Source of the DNA: an uncultured Nitrososphaerales archaeon
GTDB lineage: Archaea; Thermoproteota; Nitrososphaeria; Nitrososphaerales; Nitrososphaeraceae
Direction: 5' to 3'
DNA: 64,000 bases
Assembly: GCA_963695855.1 (NCBI GenBank)
Contig: CAVOHZ010000006.1
Span: 128,001-192,000, forward strand
Part shown: positions 1-10,743 of the stretch, piece after piece
Layout of the letters: the number at the start of each line of letters is the position of its first letter
Position numbering within the stretch: the stretch's first letter is position 1
The notes under the pieces: model-generated
Seen by the model: the letters and a program-made list of their open reading frames with translations, nothing else
What the model was told of the DNA's origin: nothing
The model's database searches: none
Made by a program: the position numbers and the translations under genes

Positions 1-1
1 A

Positions 2-781
2 TTTTCACCCATCTCCCATAAAATTAATTTTGATAAAACAAATAACTATATTTTTTTTCCACATTCAGAAAAAACATTCTCTACAGGAAATCAAGGATTA
101 GATAATAAATTAAAAGGAGGTTTTAAAAGGGGTAGTATAATCTCATTGGAGATAGAAGAAGAAGTAGATAGATTTGCTTTTGTTCCCGTTTTCGTTCCAC
201 TGGTATTAAATTTTATTTCGCAGAGTTATGGGGCATTAATAATCTCAGCTTGGGATCAACATATATCATCGGTTACCCGATACATCACACCGTTTGTAAA
301 TAAGAAATTATTGAATAAATATTTCAAAATAATAGCAAGAGAGAATGTGATTAAAAATGATCTTAAAAATTGTGAAAGTCATCCATACATCGTACCTGGG
401 ATAGAAATAGATTTTATAAATACAATCAAAATATGGAATAAAGAATATGATGAATTACTAACTAAAACCAATGGATGTCTTGTAACAATAGATTTTAGTT
501 TTGTAGAAATACAATATCAAAATGAACTTTTAGATATTCAAAAAGCCATTGTTAACTTTTCTAGCAAGATACGTTCCTCCAATAACTTACTTATAATGGT
601 TTCCAGACCCACCTATAAATCACTAGAAGTAATGAAAAGCGTCAGTGATATTCATTTGAAATTAATGGAGTTCAATGGTGCTGTGATGTTGGCCGCTATT
701 AAACCTCAATTCTTTCTATATAATATACAAACTGATCCACACGCAGGATATCCAAAGTCACATTTTATAAATAGTTCCTAA
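2..781 (+). CDS. C-terminal part of a RecA-superfamily (KaiC/RAD55/GvpD-like) ATPase, 5'-partial
   Basis: The frame is open from base 2 and reads ...FSTGNQGLDNKLKGGFKRGSIISLE, the STG-x3-LD-x2-LxGG start of a KaiC-like domain. Walker A is degenerate, as in the second domain of GvpD-like proteins. SDIHLKL occurs near the C-terminus. Confidence 0.65.
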   Translation, partial: FSPISHKINFDKTNNYIFFPHSEKTFSTGNQGLDNKLKGGFKRGSIISLEIEEEVDRFAFVPVFVPLVLNFISQSYGALIISAWDQHISSVTRYITPFVNKKLLNKYFKIIARENVIKNDLKNCESHPYIVPGIEIDFINTIKIWNKEYDELLTKTNGCLVTIDFSFVEIQYQNELLDIQKAIVNFSSKIRSSNNLLIMVSRPTYKSLEVMKSVSDIHLKLMEFNGAVMLAAIKPQFFLYNIQTDPHAGYPKSHFINSS

Positions 782-2115
782 TAGCTATATTGAAAGACAC
801 TGCTGAGTATATCCATTATATTATGAATTGAATCTTGTTTTTGATCGTTATATAGTATGAAGAACAAATAATTTGATCAAAAGACATAAATATTTATGTG
901 ACTTTTTATTGCAGGCTTATTATTTATTCACAAATATAATACCAAAACATAAAAATACAATCCCTTCATTCATGTACATATTTTCTAATTTAATAAATTT
1001 CATTCAATCTTTTTTATTATATTTTAGTATCTTGTGACTATACTTTTAACGATAATAATTTCAATTGTACGAATACATAACATTTGAATAAAGATTTCTA
1101 ACTATTTGCAACTTCTTTCTAAGTATACGTACCTTCTTCGTAGGTATGGGACGGTTCTGGTAATTTGTATTATTCCTGCAACAAAGGATAGATGATATCA
1201 TTTACCCTTTTAGCTATCTCATTATATGGTTTTTCAAATCCATACATCTTTTTAATTCATCGATTCCTTGCTCAAATTTTTTTTACTGCCTTATCTTTTT
1301 TAATTTTGATTCGTACAGATCTATTACAATATTCTAAGATATGAAACCATATCTTTTTATGACCGGACCAGAGTCACCGGTAGTCAAAGATTTGTTTTGA
1401 GATTAGGTAAAAACATCTGATTGGCTAGTATCTATTACATCTTCTAATTCAGCAAAACATAGCCCCGTACTGTAGAACTGGTGAAAACACATGAAAGAAT
1501 TACCACAGCAAACGATTCATTTAAGACTGCATTCAGGATTTGTACATCATTGTTAATTTCAGATTGATGTGCTTTTTCTGAGTACAAGGCAAATCCATTT
1601 ATTGTGCAGTTATCTGATTTGCAACTCTTTCATTCTTATTTGCTATTTCAAGCTTTATGTGATCATCACATAGTTCTTTTAGTTTATCAAGATCCTGTAG
1701 GACTAAATCCAAATAGTCTTCAACACAAATTGTTGAATTAAACTTGAACTTTCGTTGTATCTACCAATGATATAGATGGTGCTTTCATCATCTTTGAAAA
1801 GTATGTGCAAGTGATTGTGCAGTATTTGTTACAGGAATAGAAAGTATAAGAAATAATATTATCAATGACTTGTGGTAGATTTTCAAAATTTATAATATCA
1901 TTAAATGAGAGATACTTTTAATGTTACACTATAATATATCCCTTTTACAACGTCATGAAAGAACGTGATAAATAATTCATTTGAAAGGGTAAATATATAA
2001 TACGAATAATAATGTCTTGCCCATCTTTGATCTTCTATATCGATACTACGATTTTTTTTATTTTATAGTGGGGTCGTATGTAAATTTACATATTTGGATA
2101 GCTCTTTCCACTTTT

Positions 2116-2379
2116 TTACGTTTTGTCTGCTGGCGGAGCATTTAGGGATATGTCTGTAGGGGTTGTGATACCAAGAGAGTCATGTTTTTGTTTTTCTTCT
2201 TCTTCGTGATAGGACAATGATTCTGATTTTATTCCTTGTTTTCTAAAAAAGCAATCATCACAAATCCAAGACCGATCAAGAAGCTTGCCCAATTTTATAA
2301 TTTTATCATGCTCCACTTTAAGACAAACTGAATCAGTTACCGCTGAACCACACTACGAACACTTATGTATAGATTTCAA
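2116..2379 (-). pseudogene. Small zinc-ribbon protein interrupted by an in-frame TAG
   Basis: TTG at 2379 gives MKSIHKCS*CGSAVTDSVCLKVEHDK...WICDDC. The TAG (2353-2355) lies inside the first CxxC. Confidence 0.5.
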
Positions 2380-2526
2380 AATATAATATATTTGCTTATT
2401 AGGATATTAAAGATTATTTGGAGTAATTTCACATATTAAAATAATGATAAATTTCCTTTTTAACATATTTTACAAAAAAGATTTCTAAATTTGAGTGTAT
2501 TATATAAATAGATCTTTCATCAAATT

Positions 2527-2934
2527 GTGTTGATGAAAAACATTCTTCATCAGTTCCTCGCTCTTTCAATTGTTGGGATAATGTTTTTTTCTATATTATT
2601 CAATAATATTTACGGAGAAAGTTCAGAAGTCAGTGTGATTGTAAAAGTCGTAGATGTAGAAAAATTTAAGGGTCAAACTTGGAATATCAACGCTCAATTG
2701 AGGGATAAGACAAATGATTCAGAATTAGCTAAAGATAAAACTACTTTTACAGTCAATGAAAATCAGACAATACAGTTAATAATAGAATTATCAAACTCTA
2801 CAAAAAATATCAACAACTCGTATATATTTGTAGATGCTTCTTCTACTTTAGATGATATTGATGTTTTTGGTAAAATAGAATCGCCAAAGAAGGAAAACAA
2901 TTTAATTACTCTAAATCTGACTAAAGCAAGCTAG
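2527..2934 (+). CDS. Secreted hypothetical protein
   Basis: N-terminal signal peptide followed by a beta-rich mature region. A TATA-like tatataaa lies upstream. Confidence 0.6.
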   Translation: MLMKNILHQFLALSIVGIMFFSILFNNIYGESSEVSVIVKVVDVEKFKGQTWNINAQLRDKTNDSELAKDKTTFTVNENQTIQLIIELSNSTKNINNSYIFVDASSTLDDIDVFGKIESPKKENNLITLNLTKAS

Positions 2935-2989
2935 TAATAAAATCTTTTTTAGGTGGAACGATTTATTTTATTACCTTCTTTTATTTATT

Positions 2990-3916
2990 TTACCATGTCC
3001 TTCTGGATGTATCTCTAACATGGTAATATAAATATTGTTGGACATACCCTGCATATTCTCCAAAATATTCACGAACTCTGCTTCCTATAATGTTATATTG
3101 GTTATTAGTTGGTTTATTTTTAGAATGATACTTTTTTTTTATGTCCTCAAATAGCCAATAATAATTCTCCAATAAGGATCTATAAATCCAAACATCTATA
3201 GGAAAAGCATCTAGTTTTTCAAACGCAAATAAAAGAATACAGTCAGCAGTTTTATTTCCAATTCCCTTTAATTTTACTAACTCTTTTCTGGATTCAAAAT
3301 AATGTTTACTTTTTATTTCTTCAAAGTTTAACATTTTTGATTCAATGTCACTCGCTACTGATTTCACAAATTTAGCTCTATACCCTAAACCGCATGAAGT
3401 CAATTCGTTAATTGACGCATTGCTTAATTCCTTTGTATTAGGGAAAAGATAAAATTCTAATCCGTCAAATATTATCTTTGTACCAAATTTTTTGCAAATG
3501 TTTGTTAACATATGTCTTATTCTTTTAACATTTGTATTACTTGCACATACAAAAGTTATAATACATTGAAATGGGTCCTGCCTTAATAATCTCAATCCAT
3601 GGTATTTCTGATATATTCTAAAAATGAATTCATCTTTTGATAATGCTTTATATATTTCTTCATAATTATCATCTAACCTAAAAAAAAAGTTCTCCCAAAG
3701 TTCACTTTTAGGAAAGGATTGATATTCTACTTCATTTGTTGCAATTATTTTTTTATTATTGGTTGTTGCTTCTTTTATTACAGTAAATTTTAATATTTCT
3801 TGGCCATTTATCCCATACCATGATCCATTGGCATTTTTCCATAGGAATACTTGACCGCTATTGATACTTCTTATAGGATCAAATAATACTACTTTATGTT
3901 TATTGCTTCTTTTCAT
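2990..3916 (-). CDS. ogg: 8-oxoguanine DNA glycosylase/AP lyase (HhH-GPD family)
   Basis: SGQVFLW N-terminal motif, LRLLRQDPFQC, GLGYRAK, and HhH LKGIGNKTADC...FPIDVW. Confidence 0.9.
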   Translation of the reverse strand: MKRSNKHKVVLFDPIRSINSGQVFLWKNANGSWYGINGQEILKFTVIKEATTNNKKIIATNEVEYQSFPKSELWENFFFRLDDNYEEIYKALSKDEFIFRIYQKYHGLRLLRQDPFQCIITFVCASNTNVKRIRHMLTNICKKFGTKIIFDGLEFYLFPNTKELSNASINELTSCGLGYRAKFVKSVASDIESKMLNFEEIKSKHYFESRKELVKLKGIGNKTADCILLFAFEKLDAFPIDVWIYRSLLENYYWLFEDIKKKYHSKNKPTNNQYNIIGSRVREYFGEYAGYVQQYLYYHVRDTSRRTW

Positions 3917-3959
3917 AATCCTCTATGTTATAACAAATATTCATAAAATATGTCCGCAG

Positions 3960-4154
3960 CTAAATTTTCTCAAATATTTTACGCAAATCATTGTTTAATG
4001 TTTCTATAGTTTTCGGAATTTCTACCTTTGCACATTCTATACAAAAAGATTGTAGAGATAAAGGATAAGAGAAGTATCTATCATTTAATAAGATTTCTTT
4101 CTTGCAGGAAATACATTTTTTTAGTTTAAAAGGATCGGTATTTTTTGTAATCAA
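3960..4154 (-). CDS. Small zinc-finger protein
   Basis: CISC...CIEC pairs; co-oriented between ogg and the beta-CASP gene. Confidence 0.6.
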   Translation of the reverse strand: MITKNTDPFKLKKCISCKKEILLNDRYFSYPLSLQSFCIECAKVEIPKTIETLNNDLRKIFEKI

Positions 4155-4232
4155 TCATTATATGTTTTCTTCAAATCATTTTAAATTTATCTATTTATAA
4201 GTACAAAATAATATTTTTGAAATGAAAATATA

Positions 4233-5492
4233 TCATACTTCGTATGAATCTCCCAAGTTAGGAGCAAAGGAGTGATAACCATACTTTTCTGAGATTTCTT
4301 CCGAAAATCTTGTGCAAGAGTTGCCATCTCCATGAACTGTGAGTACAGTTGGATTTCCTTTTATTCTATCAAGTATTTCGAATAGCTCTTCTCTGCTATT
4401 ATGACCAGAAAATTCAAATTGTTTAACTTGAGCAAAACATTTCTTCATTTTTCCATTTAACTTAAAAGTTCCTTCCTCCAACAACCTTCTTCCCGGTGTG
4501 TTTTCTCCTTGATATGATACCAATGCTATGCCGTTCTTTTCATAATCCATCATATTTTGCATATAAAAAACTGCCGAACCTCCCACTAGCATCCCAGCAG
4601 GTGAGATTATCACGCAGGGTTCTCTAACAACCTTTTTTCTTCTCTTCCATTCTCTTACCCATTCTAAATTCTCTACCGCATTTTTAAAAAGTTCTGAATC
4701 CCTTAAAAATTCTGGATATTTTAACATTATTTCATTGACTTTCAAAGCCATTCCATCCATCACAACTTTATATTTGAAATTATGTGCTTTTAACACACAA
4801 GCAATTTCTTGTGCTCTCTCAACCGAAAAAGCTGGGACAAATAAAGTCCCATTATTTTCAATAATTTCGTATGCGAATTCCAGCAGTTCCCTTTCCGATT
4901 GTTCTCTAGGTTTTTGAGTACTTTGTGAATAAGTACTTTCCATAATCATAAGATCTATATCGTCAAAATCTAAATCTGCTGGTCTAAGTAATTTTGAGCC
5001 TCTTGTATTTACGTCTCCGGTATAGAAGATTTTCTTACCTTTATTTTCTATTATTATAGTGGATCCACCAATCACATGACCCGATTCATATAATGTGATG
5101 TTCAAATCATTGATATCATAAGAGTGTCTGTATTCTATGTTAGTATGATTTTTCATCATTTTCTCAACTTCAATATTTTCAAATGGTAGGTAAAAACCAG
5201 ATATTTTCAACATATCTTCAATCAATAACTGTGATAGCTCCATTGTAGGCATAGTTGATATGACTTCAATATTAGAAGATGACAAAAATAATGAAGGTAC
5301 ATAACCTGAATGGTCAAGATGAGCGTGAGAAAGAACCACGGCATTGATATCTTTGGGTTTTACATGAATTGGGAATTCAGGTTCTTTTTTCAACAAAACA
5401 CCATAATCTAATAAAATATTAGAAATCTCGCTCTTTACTAAAAAAGCGGAACGTCCAACTTCTTTTCCTGCACCTAAAACTCTAACTTCCAA
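4233..5492 (-). CDS. Metallo-beta-lactamase beta-CASP ribonuclease (aCPSF2-like)
   Basis: LGAGKEVGRS, SHAHLDH, GHVIGG, YTGD, MESTY, PAFSVERAQE, FSGH and VHGD motifs. No N-terminal KH domains. Confidence 0.92.
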   Translation of the reverse strand: MEVRVLGAGKEVGRSAFLVKSEISNILLDYGVLLKKEPEFPIHVKPKDINAVVLSHAHLDHSGYVPSLFLSSSNIEVISTMPTMELSQLLIEDMLKISGFYLPFENIEVEKMMKNHTNIEYRHSYDINDLNITLYESGHVIGGSTIIIENKGKKIFYTGDVNTRGSKLLRPADLDFDDIDLMIMESTYSQSTQKPREQSERELLEFAYEIIENNGTLFVPAFSVERAQEIACVLKAHNFKYKVVMDGMALKVNEIMLKYPEFLRDSELFKNAVENLEWVREWKRRKKVVREPCVIISPAGMLVGGSAVFYMQNMMDYEKNGIALVSYQGENTPGRRLLEEGTFKLNGKMKKCFAQVKQFEFSGHNSREELFEILDRIKGNPTVLTVHGDGNSCTRFSEEISEKYGYHSFAPNLGDSYEV

Positions 5493-5541
5493 TTAGAAAT
5501 TCATTTAATCTGTGGTTACTTAAAGTATTGTTTATTGTTGC

Positions 5542-6396
5542 TTAGAAAAATTTTATCTCCCATAATCTCTTACCGTTAATTTTTTCAAGGAAACCAAATC
5601 CTAATTCGTCTAGAACCTCTTCAAATTCATAGGTGACAGATCTTTTAAATGCTTTTTCAGCTTCCGCTTGAGTCATTAATGTTTCTTTTATTACTTCTGA
5701 TTTTTTTCCATTTCTGCAATAAATATACCAATAATTGTGGCTTCCTCTGAGATCAGAGAGAAATTCTATCAATTTATTGTCAAATCCAGAATAATATTTA
5801 TTAGCAAGTGAGAAATTTACATCTTCCCAAGATGGAGTAATCCATTCAGCAAGTTTCTCAAACCCATGTCCCTCGTATTCTGCTGCCAAACTTAAACCCT
5901 CATCTAATGTAGTGATGATTATGTCTGTTTTTATTGATATTTCATCTCTAAAGTCCTCGCCAGGATCCATCCACCCAACAAAAACTATATCATAATCTTC
6001 ATACAAGCCGTATTTCGTGTCGTAAAAATCTATGTATTTTGGCTTTGATCTTCCTATTGAATAAAAAAGATTAATATTTTTTTCAATTCCTTTTGCATTA
6101 GGAATAAATTCTCTGATCTTTTCCAAAAAATCTCCATTTCCACATCCTACATCTACATATTTGATTTTCTTTTTTTCCTTATTTAGAGATTCGGCTATTC
6201 TAGAAATCCTAAGAGTATCTATCTTTCTATACGTGAAATATGTTCCACACAAATACGGGAAAAAATATCTTTCGTGAAACTTATAATTTGATTTTGATTT
6301 AAATTCCTTTAGTCTTTGAATTGCAAATTTAATATTTGATAAATCATAAAACATTGAATAGAATCTCGGTGAGTTATGATAATTTTCTAAAATCAA
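5542..6396 (-). CDS. Class I SAM-dependent methyltransferase
   Basis: Motif I YVDVGCGNG; YDIVF motif. Confidence 0.75.
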   Translation of the reverse strand: MILENYHNSPRFYSMFYDLSNIKFAIQRLKEFKSKSNYKFHERYFFPYLCGTYFTYRKIDTLRISRIAESLNKEKKKIKYVDVGCGNGDFLEKIREFIPNAKGIEKNINLFYSIGRSKPKYIDFYDTKYGLYEDYDIVFVGWMDPGEDFRDEISIKTDIIITTLDEGLSLAAEYEGHGFEKLAEWITPSWEDVNFSLANKYYSGFDNKLIEFLSDLRGSHNYWYIYCRNGKKSEVIKETLMTQAEAEKAFKRSVTYEFEEVLDELGFGFLEKINGKRLWEIKFF

Positions 6397-6445
6397 AATA
6401 TTATAATTTTGATCTTATTTCATACAATTATCTATACAAAAAAAG

Positions 6446-6706
6446 TTATGGACAGCCTTCCATTTTCTGAATATAATATCCCTTCTCTTGGATATCTTTT
6501 GCAACTGATGGAGGAGCTTCTTGTATGTGACAAAACTGACATTCTTCCTGAGTCATTTTCTGGTCTCCTTGACCTGCTTGGTCCAAAAATTCCTTTCCAT
6601 ATTTAATAGCTTTTTCATGTGGAGTACTTGCTTCCACAATTACGTCAAAATGCATAATTTTCCCGTCATTTTTTGTTACATATGTGTCATAAACTGCACA
6701 TTCCAT
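6446..6706 (-). CDS. DUF2024 family protein
   Basis: VYDTYV...MHFDVIV...ECQFCH...GYYI..MEGC signature; ATG at 6706. Confidence 0.85.
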   Translation of the reverse strand: MECAVYDTYVTKNDGKIMHFDVIVEASTPHEKAIKYGKEFLDQAGQGDQKMTQEECQFCHIQEAPPSVAKDIQEKGYYIQKMEGCP

Positions 6707-6872
6707 AAGAAAAATATACACTTAGGAATATTTATTCTATTCACTTCTGTTTTCTCTTGACGTAGTAAAGGGATTTATGTATATTGCAAAATCATAAATT
6801 AAAAACAATTAAATAAGTACTAGTAATTTACTATAATCCATTCTCTTTAGGATTGAGGTTTAGTTTGTTAAT

Positions 6873-7160
6873 ATGAAGCTTAAAAAAGAAATTCGTGATA
6901 AAGAAAATATGGAAAGATTACAAAGTACTATGGATACCTTAGAATCATTTAAGGAGAATAAGGATCTTCCTCGTGTAATTAGAAACCAAATTCGAGATAT
7001 TTATGATATTTTAAAAGATGAGAAAAATGGTAGTATATCCGTTAGAGCTGCTAATGCTGTGAGCATGTTAGATAGTTTGACTCAAAACAGACATATGGAA
7101 TCGCATATTCGAACTACTCTCTGGCATGTTGTATCCAAGTTAGAGAGTATTAGGGAATAG
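6873..7160 (+). CDS. UPF0147 family protein
   Basis: PRVIR...VRAANAVSMLD...HIRTTLWHVVSKLESI signature. Confidence 0.85.
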   Translation: MKLKKEIRDKENMERLQSTMDTLESFKENKDLPRVIRNQIRDIYDILKDEKNGSISVRAANAVSMLDSLTQNRHMESHIRTTLWHVVSKLESIRE

Positions 7161-7449
7161 CTAATCAGATTATACATTCCGAATAATTTTTACAGAATTA
7201 ACGCCGGATTGAAACAATTCAATTTATAACATGCACATGACTAAATTTAAGGATTTAATAAATAAATAAACAACTATTTAAAGATTTTACTCATAAAGGA
7301 CTAAGCATGATATTATGAATCGGCTCTATAATCGTAATCCATCTTCTTGTTTTAACCTAATTAACAAAATGGAGCGAAAACCAAATCTTAATAGATGTTA
7401 GTTGTATTAATGAAAAATAAGAACAACAATTATTAACTTTTTAAAACAC

Positions 7450-8103
7450 ATGTTTCGTATGGATTCAAATACAAAAACAGAAGAGTGGAGTTATATTAAT
7501 AAGAATTTTCTTCTTCCCGGAGATCATATAGCATATATTGAAGAGTTTGAAAGCGGTAAAGATACTTACGTATCCGACGGTTCGGTCCGATCATCTGCTC
7601 TAGGATTAAGGGATTACAACTTAAAGCATAGGATGGTCAGCGTAGATAGAAAGAATAAAGCTAAATTCCCAAAAGTTGGTGATGAAATTATAGGATATAT
7701 TGAAATGTTATTCAGTAGTATGATATCTATAAAGATCTTATATTTGAATAATACAAAGGTAGGATCTGGCCTTTCAGCTATAGCTTCAACCAAAATTTCT
7801 ACTTCTGGTGGAATACATCCTAGGAGAGATAGAGAAAGGAGACCAAAATTAATTTACAGAGTAGGTGATATAGTTAGAGGACGAATATTTAGTTTAATGA
7901 ATTCTTCATCACATGCAACTATTGACGATAAAAATCTTGGAGTAGTTTATTGTTTGTGCTATAGTTGTGGAGGAGAAACTGTGAAGTTAAACAGCAGCAT
8001 TAAATGCATTGATTGTGGGATGAGTGAGGAAAAGAAGTTAACGTCGGATTTTGGTAAAGATGCATTATTAAGACTCGAGAACGTTATTCAGAATCGATCG
8101 TAA
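7450..8103 (+). CDS. csl4: Exosome complex RNA-binding protein Csl4
   Basis: LPGD..AYIEEF N-terminus, S1 domain (PKVGD...GDIVRG), LGVVYCLCYSCG...CIDCG zinc ribbon. Confidence 0.88.
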   Translation: MFRMDSNTKTEEWSYINKNFLLPGDHIAYIEEFESGKDTYVSDGSVRSSALGLRDYNLKHRMVSVDRKNKAKFPKVGDEIIGYIEMLFSSMISIKILYLNNTKVGSGLSAIASTKISTSGGIHPRRDRERRPKLIYRVGDIVRGRIFSLMNSSSHATIDDKNLGVVYCLCYSCGGETVKLNSSIKCIDCGMSEEKKLTSDFGKDALLRLENVIQNRS

Positions 8104-8234
8104 ATAGATAGACAAAATTTTAATTGGTAAATATTTTTAATTCTTTTATCAATATTTTTTGTTAAAACAGATTATAGCACATCTTGGTAAATTTCTGAAA
8201 GTGATTAAAGGAAGTTATTATAATTTCTGGTGAA

Positions 8235-10565
8235 ATGATAATGGCAGATACAAATTATGAAATTTATAAAAAGATTAGAAAATTTTCTACTTTACTTGTA
8301 ATATTTTTCTTTTTCACTGTCCTAACTTCTGGCATCATTCAAAATTATTCTGCATTTGGACAAGTTGGTAAATTCGGAACATTTTCTGGTTCCAACTTCA
8401 AATATATAAAAGATTCAGAACTATTTCAATTAAAGCAATTTTCTGTTGCATCTTGGTTTAAAACAAATTCTACTAGCAAGATTGTTTCTTTCATTGTTGA
8501 CAAAGGAGGAACAGGATCGGAAGCTCCTGGAGAGAATATGAATTTCGGGATGTTTTTGAATCCTCTTGGTCAAATTCAGGCGGGATTTGAAACATTAGAT
8601 GGATCAAATCACTTGGTGACTTCTCAAAATAAATTGAATGATAATAAATGGCACTATGGTACCGTCACGTACGACGGTTCAATCCTAAAATTATTTGTGG
8701 ATGGCGTTCTAATAAATGATAAAAATACCACTAATGCTGAACCTGATTATACTGGAAAAAATCGTATAACCATAGGGGCGAATTCTCTGTTTAAAGATAA
8801 GTTCTTTATTGGAGACCTAGATGAGGTTCGAATTTGGGATCGGGCTTTAACAAATGCAGAGGTCTATGATGGATTCTCAAACAACAAGTTTAATCTTAAA
8901 GGTCAATTAGTTTTTGTATCATTTGGAGATAACACTTTATGTAAACAAGAAAAACAGGTCAATGTGACATCGATAGGCAGTCAACAACAACATCCTGCAG
9001 TAGATGCAATAGACGCAGATCAGTCAACTAGATGGTCATATCCTGGTCTTAATTCTTGGATATTGTTAGACCTTGGCGGGGAGAAGGAAGTCTGTGATAT
9101 AGATATATCATGGTACAAAGGTGATAACAGAAAAATTAAATTTGTAGTTTCTGCTTCATCTGACGGTGAAATATTCAGCAACATTTTCTCTGAGACAAGC
9201 AGTGGTCTAACCGATGGTCCAGAAAGATACGATCTTCCTGATATCAAGACTCGATTCTTAAAATTAAGTATTATTGCAAATTCAATCAATGACTGGTCCA
9301 GTATTTCCGAGATAGATATCAATAACCCACGTGTTCCAGGTTCACCATCCCCATGTCAAGAATTATCTATATCTCCAAACGGTGTTACCTCCATAGGTAA
9401 TCAACCAGCTCATCCTGAGCAAGATGCCGTTGACGGAGATTCGAATACCCGATGGTCCAATTTTGGATTAGGTTCATGGATAGATATAGACCTAGGAAAA
9501 GAAGTGGATATTTGTGATCTAGGAATATCATGGTTCAAAGGCGATCTTCGCAAACTAGATTTCTTAATTTCTGTGTCTACAGACGGAAATGATTATAGAC
9601 AAATATTTTCTGCTCGCAGCACTGGAGATACTCCCGAATTAGAATTGTATGATATACCAGATACAACTGCTAAATTTGTAAGGATCACAGTTACTGGAAA
9701 TAGTTTGAATAATTGGTCAAGCATATCCGAAATAAAGATATTCGGTAAAGAAGTTCAATCAGATTCATTTCTATCTGTTTCACAAGTTGGAGTATTAACA
9801 AAGGTAATTAATAACAATGGTGGAGATAAACAGCCTAAAGACTTTATTATTTCTGTAACAGGAATGCAGGCTATTCCAAATTCATTTTCCGGAAATCCAG
9901 ATGGACAGATTGTATCATTGAAACCTGGAGATTATAGTGTCAATGTTTCCCAGTCATTGGGATACAAAACAATATATTCTGCAGGTTGCGTAGGTGTAGT
10001 TGGACCGGGAGAAAGTAAGGATTGCGTAATTACATTGGATGATATTAATCCTCCAATCCAACCAATAAATCAAACTTTGTCTGTACAACAAAAAGAATCT
10101 TTACAGAATACAAACAATTCTTTACAGAATACAAACAATTCTTTACAGAATACAAACAATTCTTTACAGAATACAAACAATTCTTTACAGAATACAAACA
10201 ATTCTTTACAGAATACAAACAATTCTTTACAGAATACAAACAATATTAAGAGTGATGAAAAGCGTCTAATATCAAATATACCAGAATTGAAGGTTATTGT
10301 AGAAGTATTAAATGTATACGGAGGAACTAAAAATCCTTCTGATTTTACACTGGTTGTTAAAGGAGAAAATCCTGTACCGAATACCTTTACAGGTAATTCC
10401 AATTTACAAATAGTGTCCATAAGTCCTGGAAAATATGAAGTTGAGGTAAAGGATCTATTAGGATATATGGTTAATAGAATTTCAGGATGTGATGGTATAA
10501 TAGAAACCATAGATAAGACTTGTATAATAGAATTGATAGACAAGCCAAATAAAACAGGTCACTAA
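8235..10565 (+). CDS. Secreted surface protein: LamG/concanavalin domain, two F5/8 type C (discoidin) domains and two SpaA/prealbumin-like domains
   Basis: Signal/TM segment; WHYGTVTYDGSILKLFVDG...GDLDEVRIW (LamG); two AVDGD..TRWS...W...DLG...SISEI repeats; two KV.NNNGG...P.DF domains. Confidence 0.85.
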   Translation: MIMADTNYEIYKKIRKFSTLLVIFFFFTVLTSGIIQNYSAFGQVGKFGTFSGSNFKYIKDSELFQLKQFSVASWFKTNSTSKIVSFIVDKGGTGSEAPGENMNFGMFLNPLGQIQAGFETLDGSNHLVTSQNKLNDNKWHYGTVTYDGSILKLFVDGVLINDKNTTNAEPDYTGKNRITIGANSLFKDKFFIGDLDEVRIWDRALTNAEVYDGFSNNKFNLKGQLVFVSFGDNTLCKQEKQVNVTSIGSQQQHPAVDAIDADQSTRWSYPGLNSWILLDLGGEKEVCDIDISWYKGDNRKIKFVVSASSDGEIFSNIFSETSSGLTDGPERYDLPDIKTRFLKLSIIANSINDWSSISEIDINNPRVPGSPSPCQELSISPNGVTSIGNQPAHPEQDAVDGDSNTRWSNFGLGSWIDIDLGKEVDICDLGISWFKGDLRKLDFLISVSTDGNDYRQIFSARSTGDTPELELYDIPDTTAKFVRITVTGNSLNNWSSISEIKIFGKEVQSDSFLSVSQVGVLTKVINNNGGDKQPKDFIISVTGMQAIPNSFSGNPDGQIVSLKPGDYSVNVSQSLGYKTIYSAGCVGVVGPGESKDCVITLDDINPPIQPINQTLSVQQKESLQNTNNSLQNTNNSLQNTNNSLQNTNNSLQNTNNSLQNTNNSLQNTNNIKSDEKRLISNIPELKVIVEVLNVYGGTKNPSDFTLVVKGENPVPNTFTGNSNLQIVSISPGKYEVEVKDLLGYMVNRISGCDGIIETIDKTCIIELIDKPNKTGH
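10098..10244 (+). repeat. Perfect 21-bp tandem repeat x7 encoding SLQNTNN
   Basis: tctttacagaatacaaacaat repeated 7 times in frame. Confidence 0.97.
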
Positions 10566-10743
10566 ATAATTTTTTTAAAATATTTATGCTATGGGTTTTT
10601 TATCAATACTTTTAGAACTTTGAACCAGAATTTTAAAATATGAAAAAGTAACAAATATATTATATATTAAAATTTTCTAAACTTTTGTTACTCGCTGTAT
10701 TAATACTAAAAAGATATAAGATGTAAAGAGGAATATACACCAA

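Noticed and set aside
2-781. Gas-vesicle or circadian-clock locus
   Set aside because: Only a GvpD/KaiC-like ATPase fragment; no gvpA or kaiB in the window.
1050-1870. Possible decayed gene on the minus strand (small GTPase-like fragments considered)
   Set aside because: No convincing G1, G3 or G4 motif in a consistent frame; too degraded to call.
10098-10244. Possible CRISPR array
   Set aside because: Head-to-tail in-frame coding repeat with no spacers and no cas genes.
10045-10543. Antisense ORFs with (LYSVKNC)n and (FVFCKEL)n
   Set aside because: Shadows of the 21-bp repeat.
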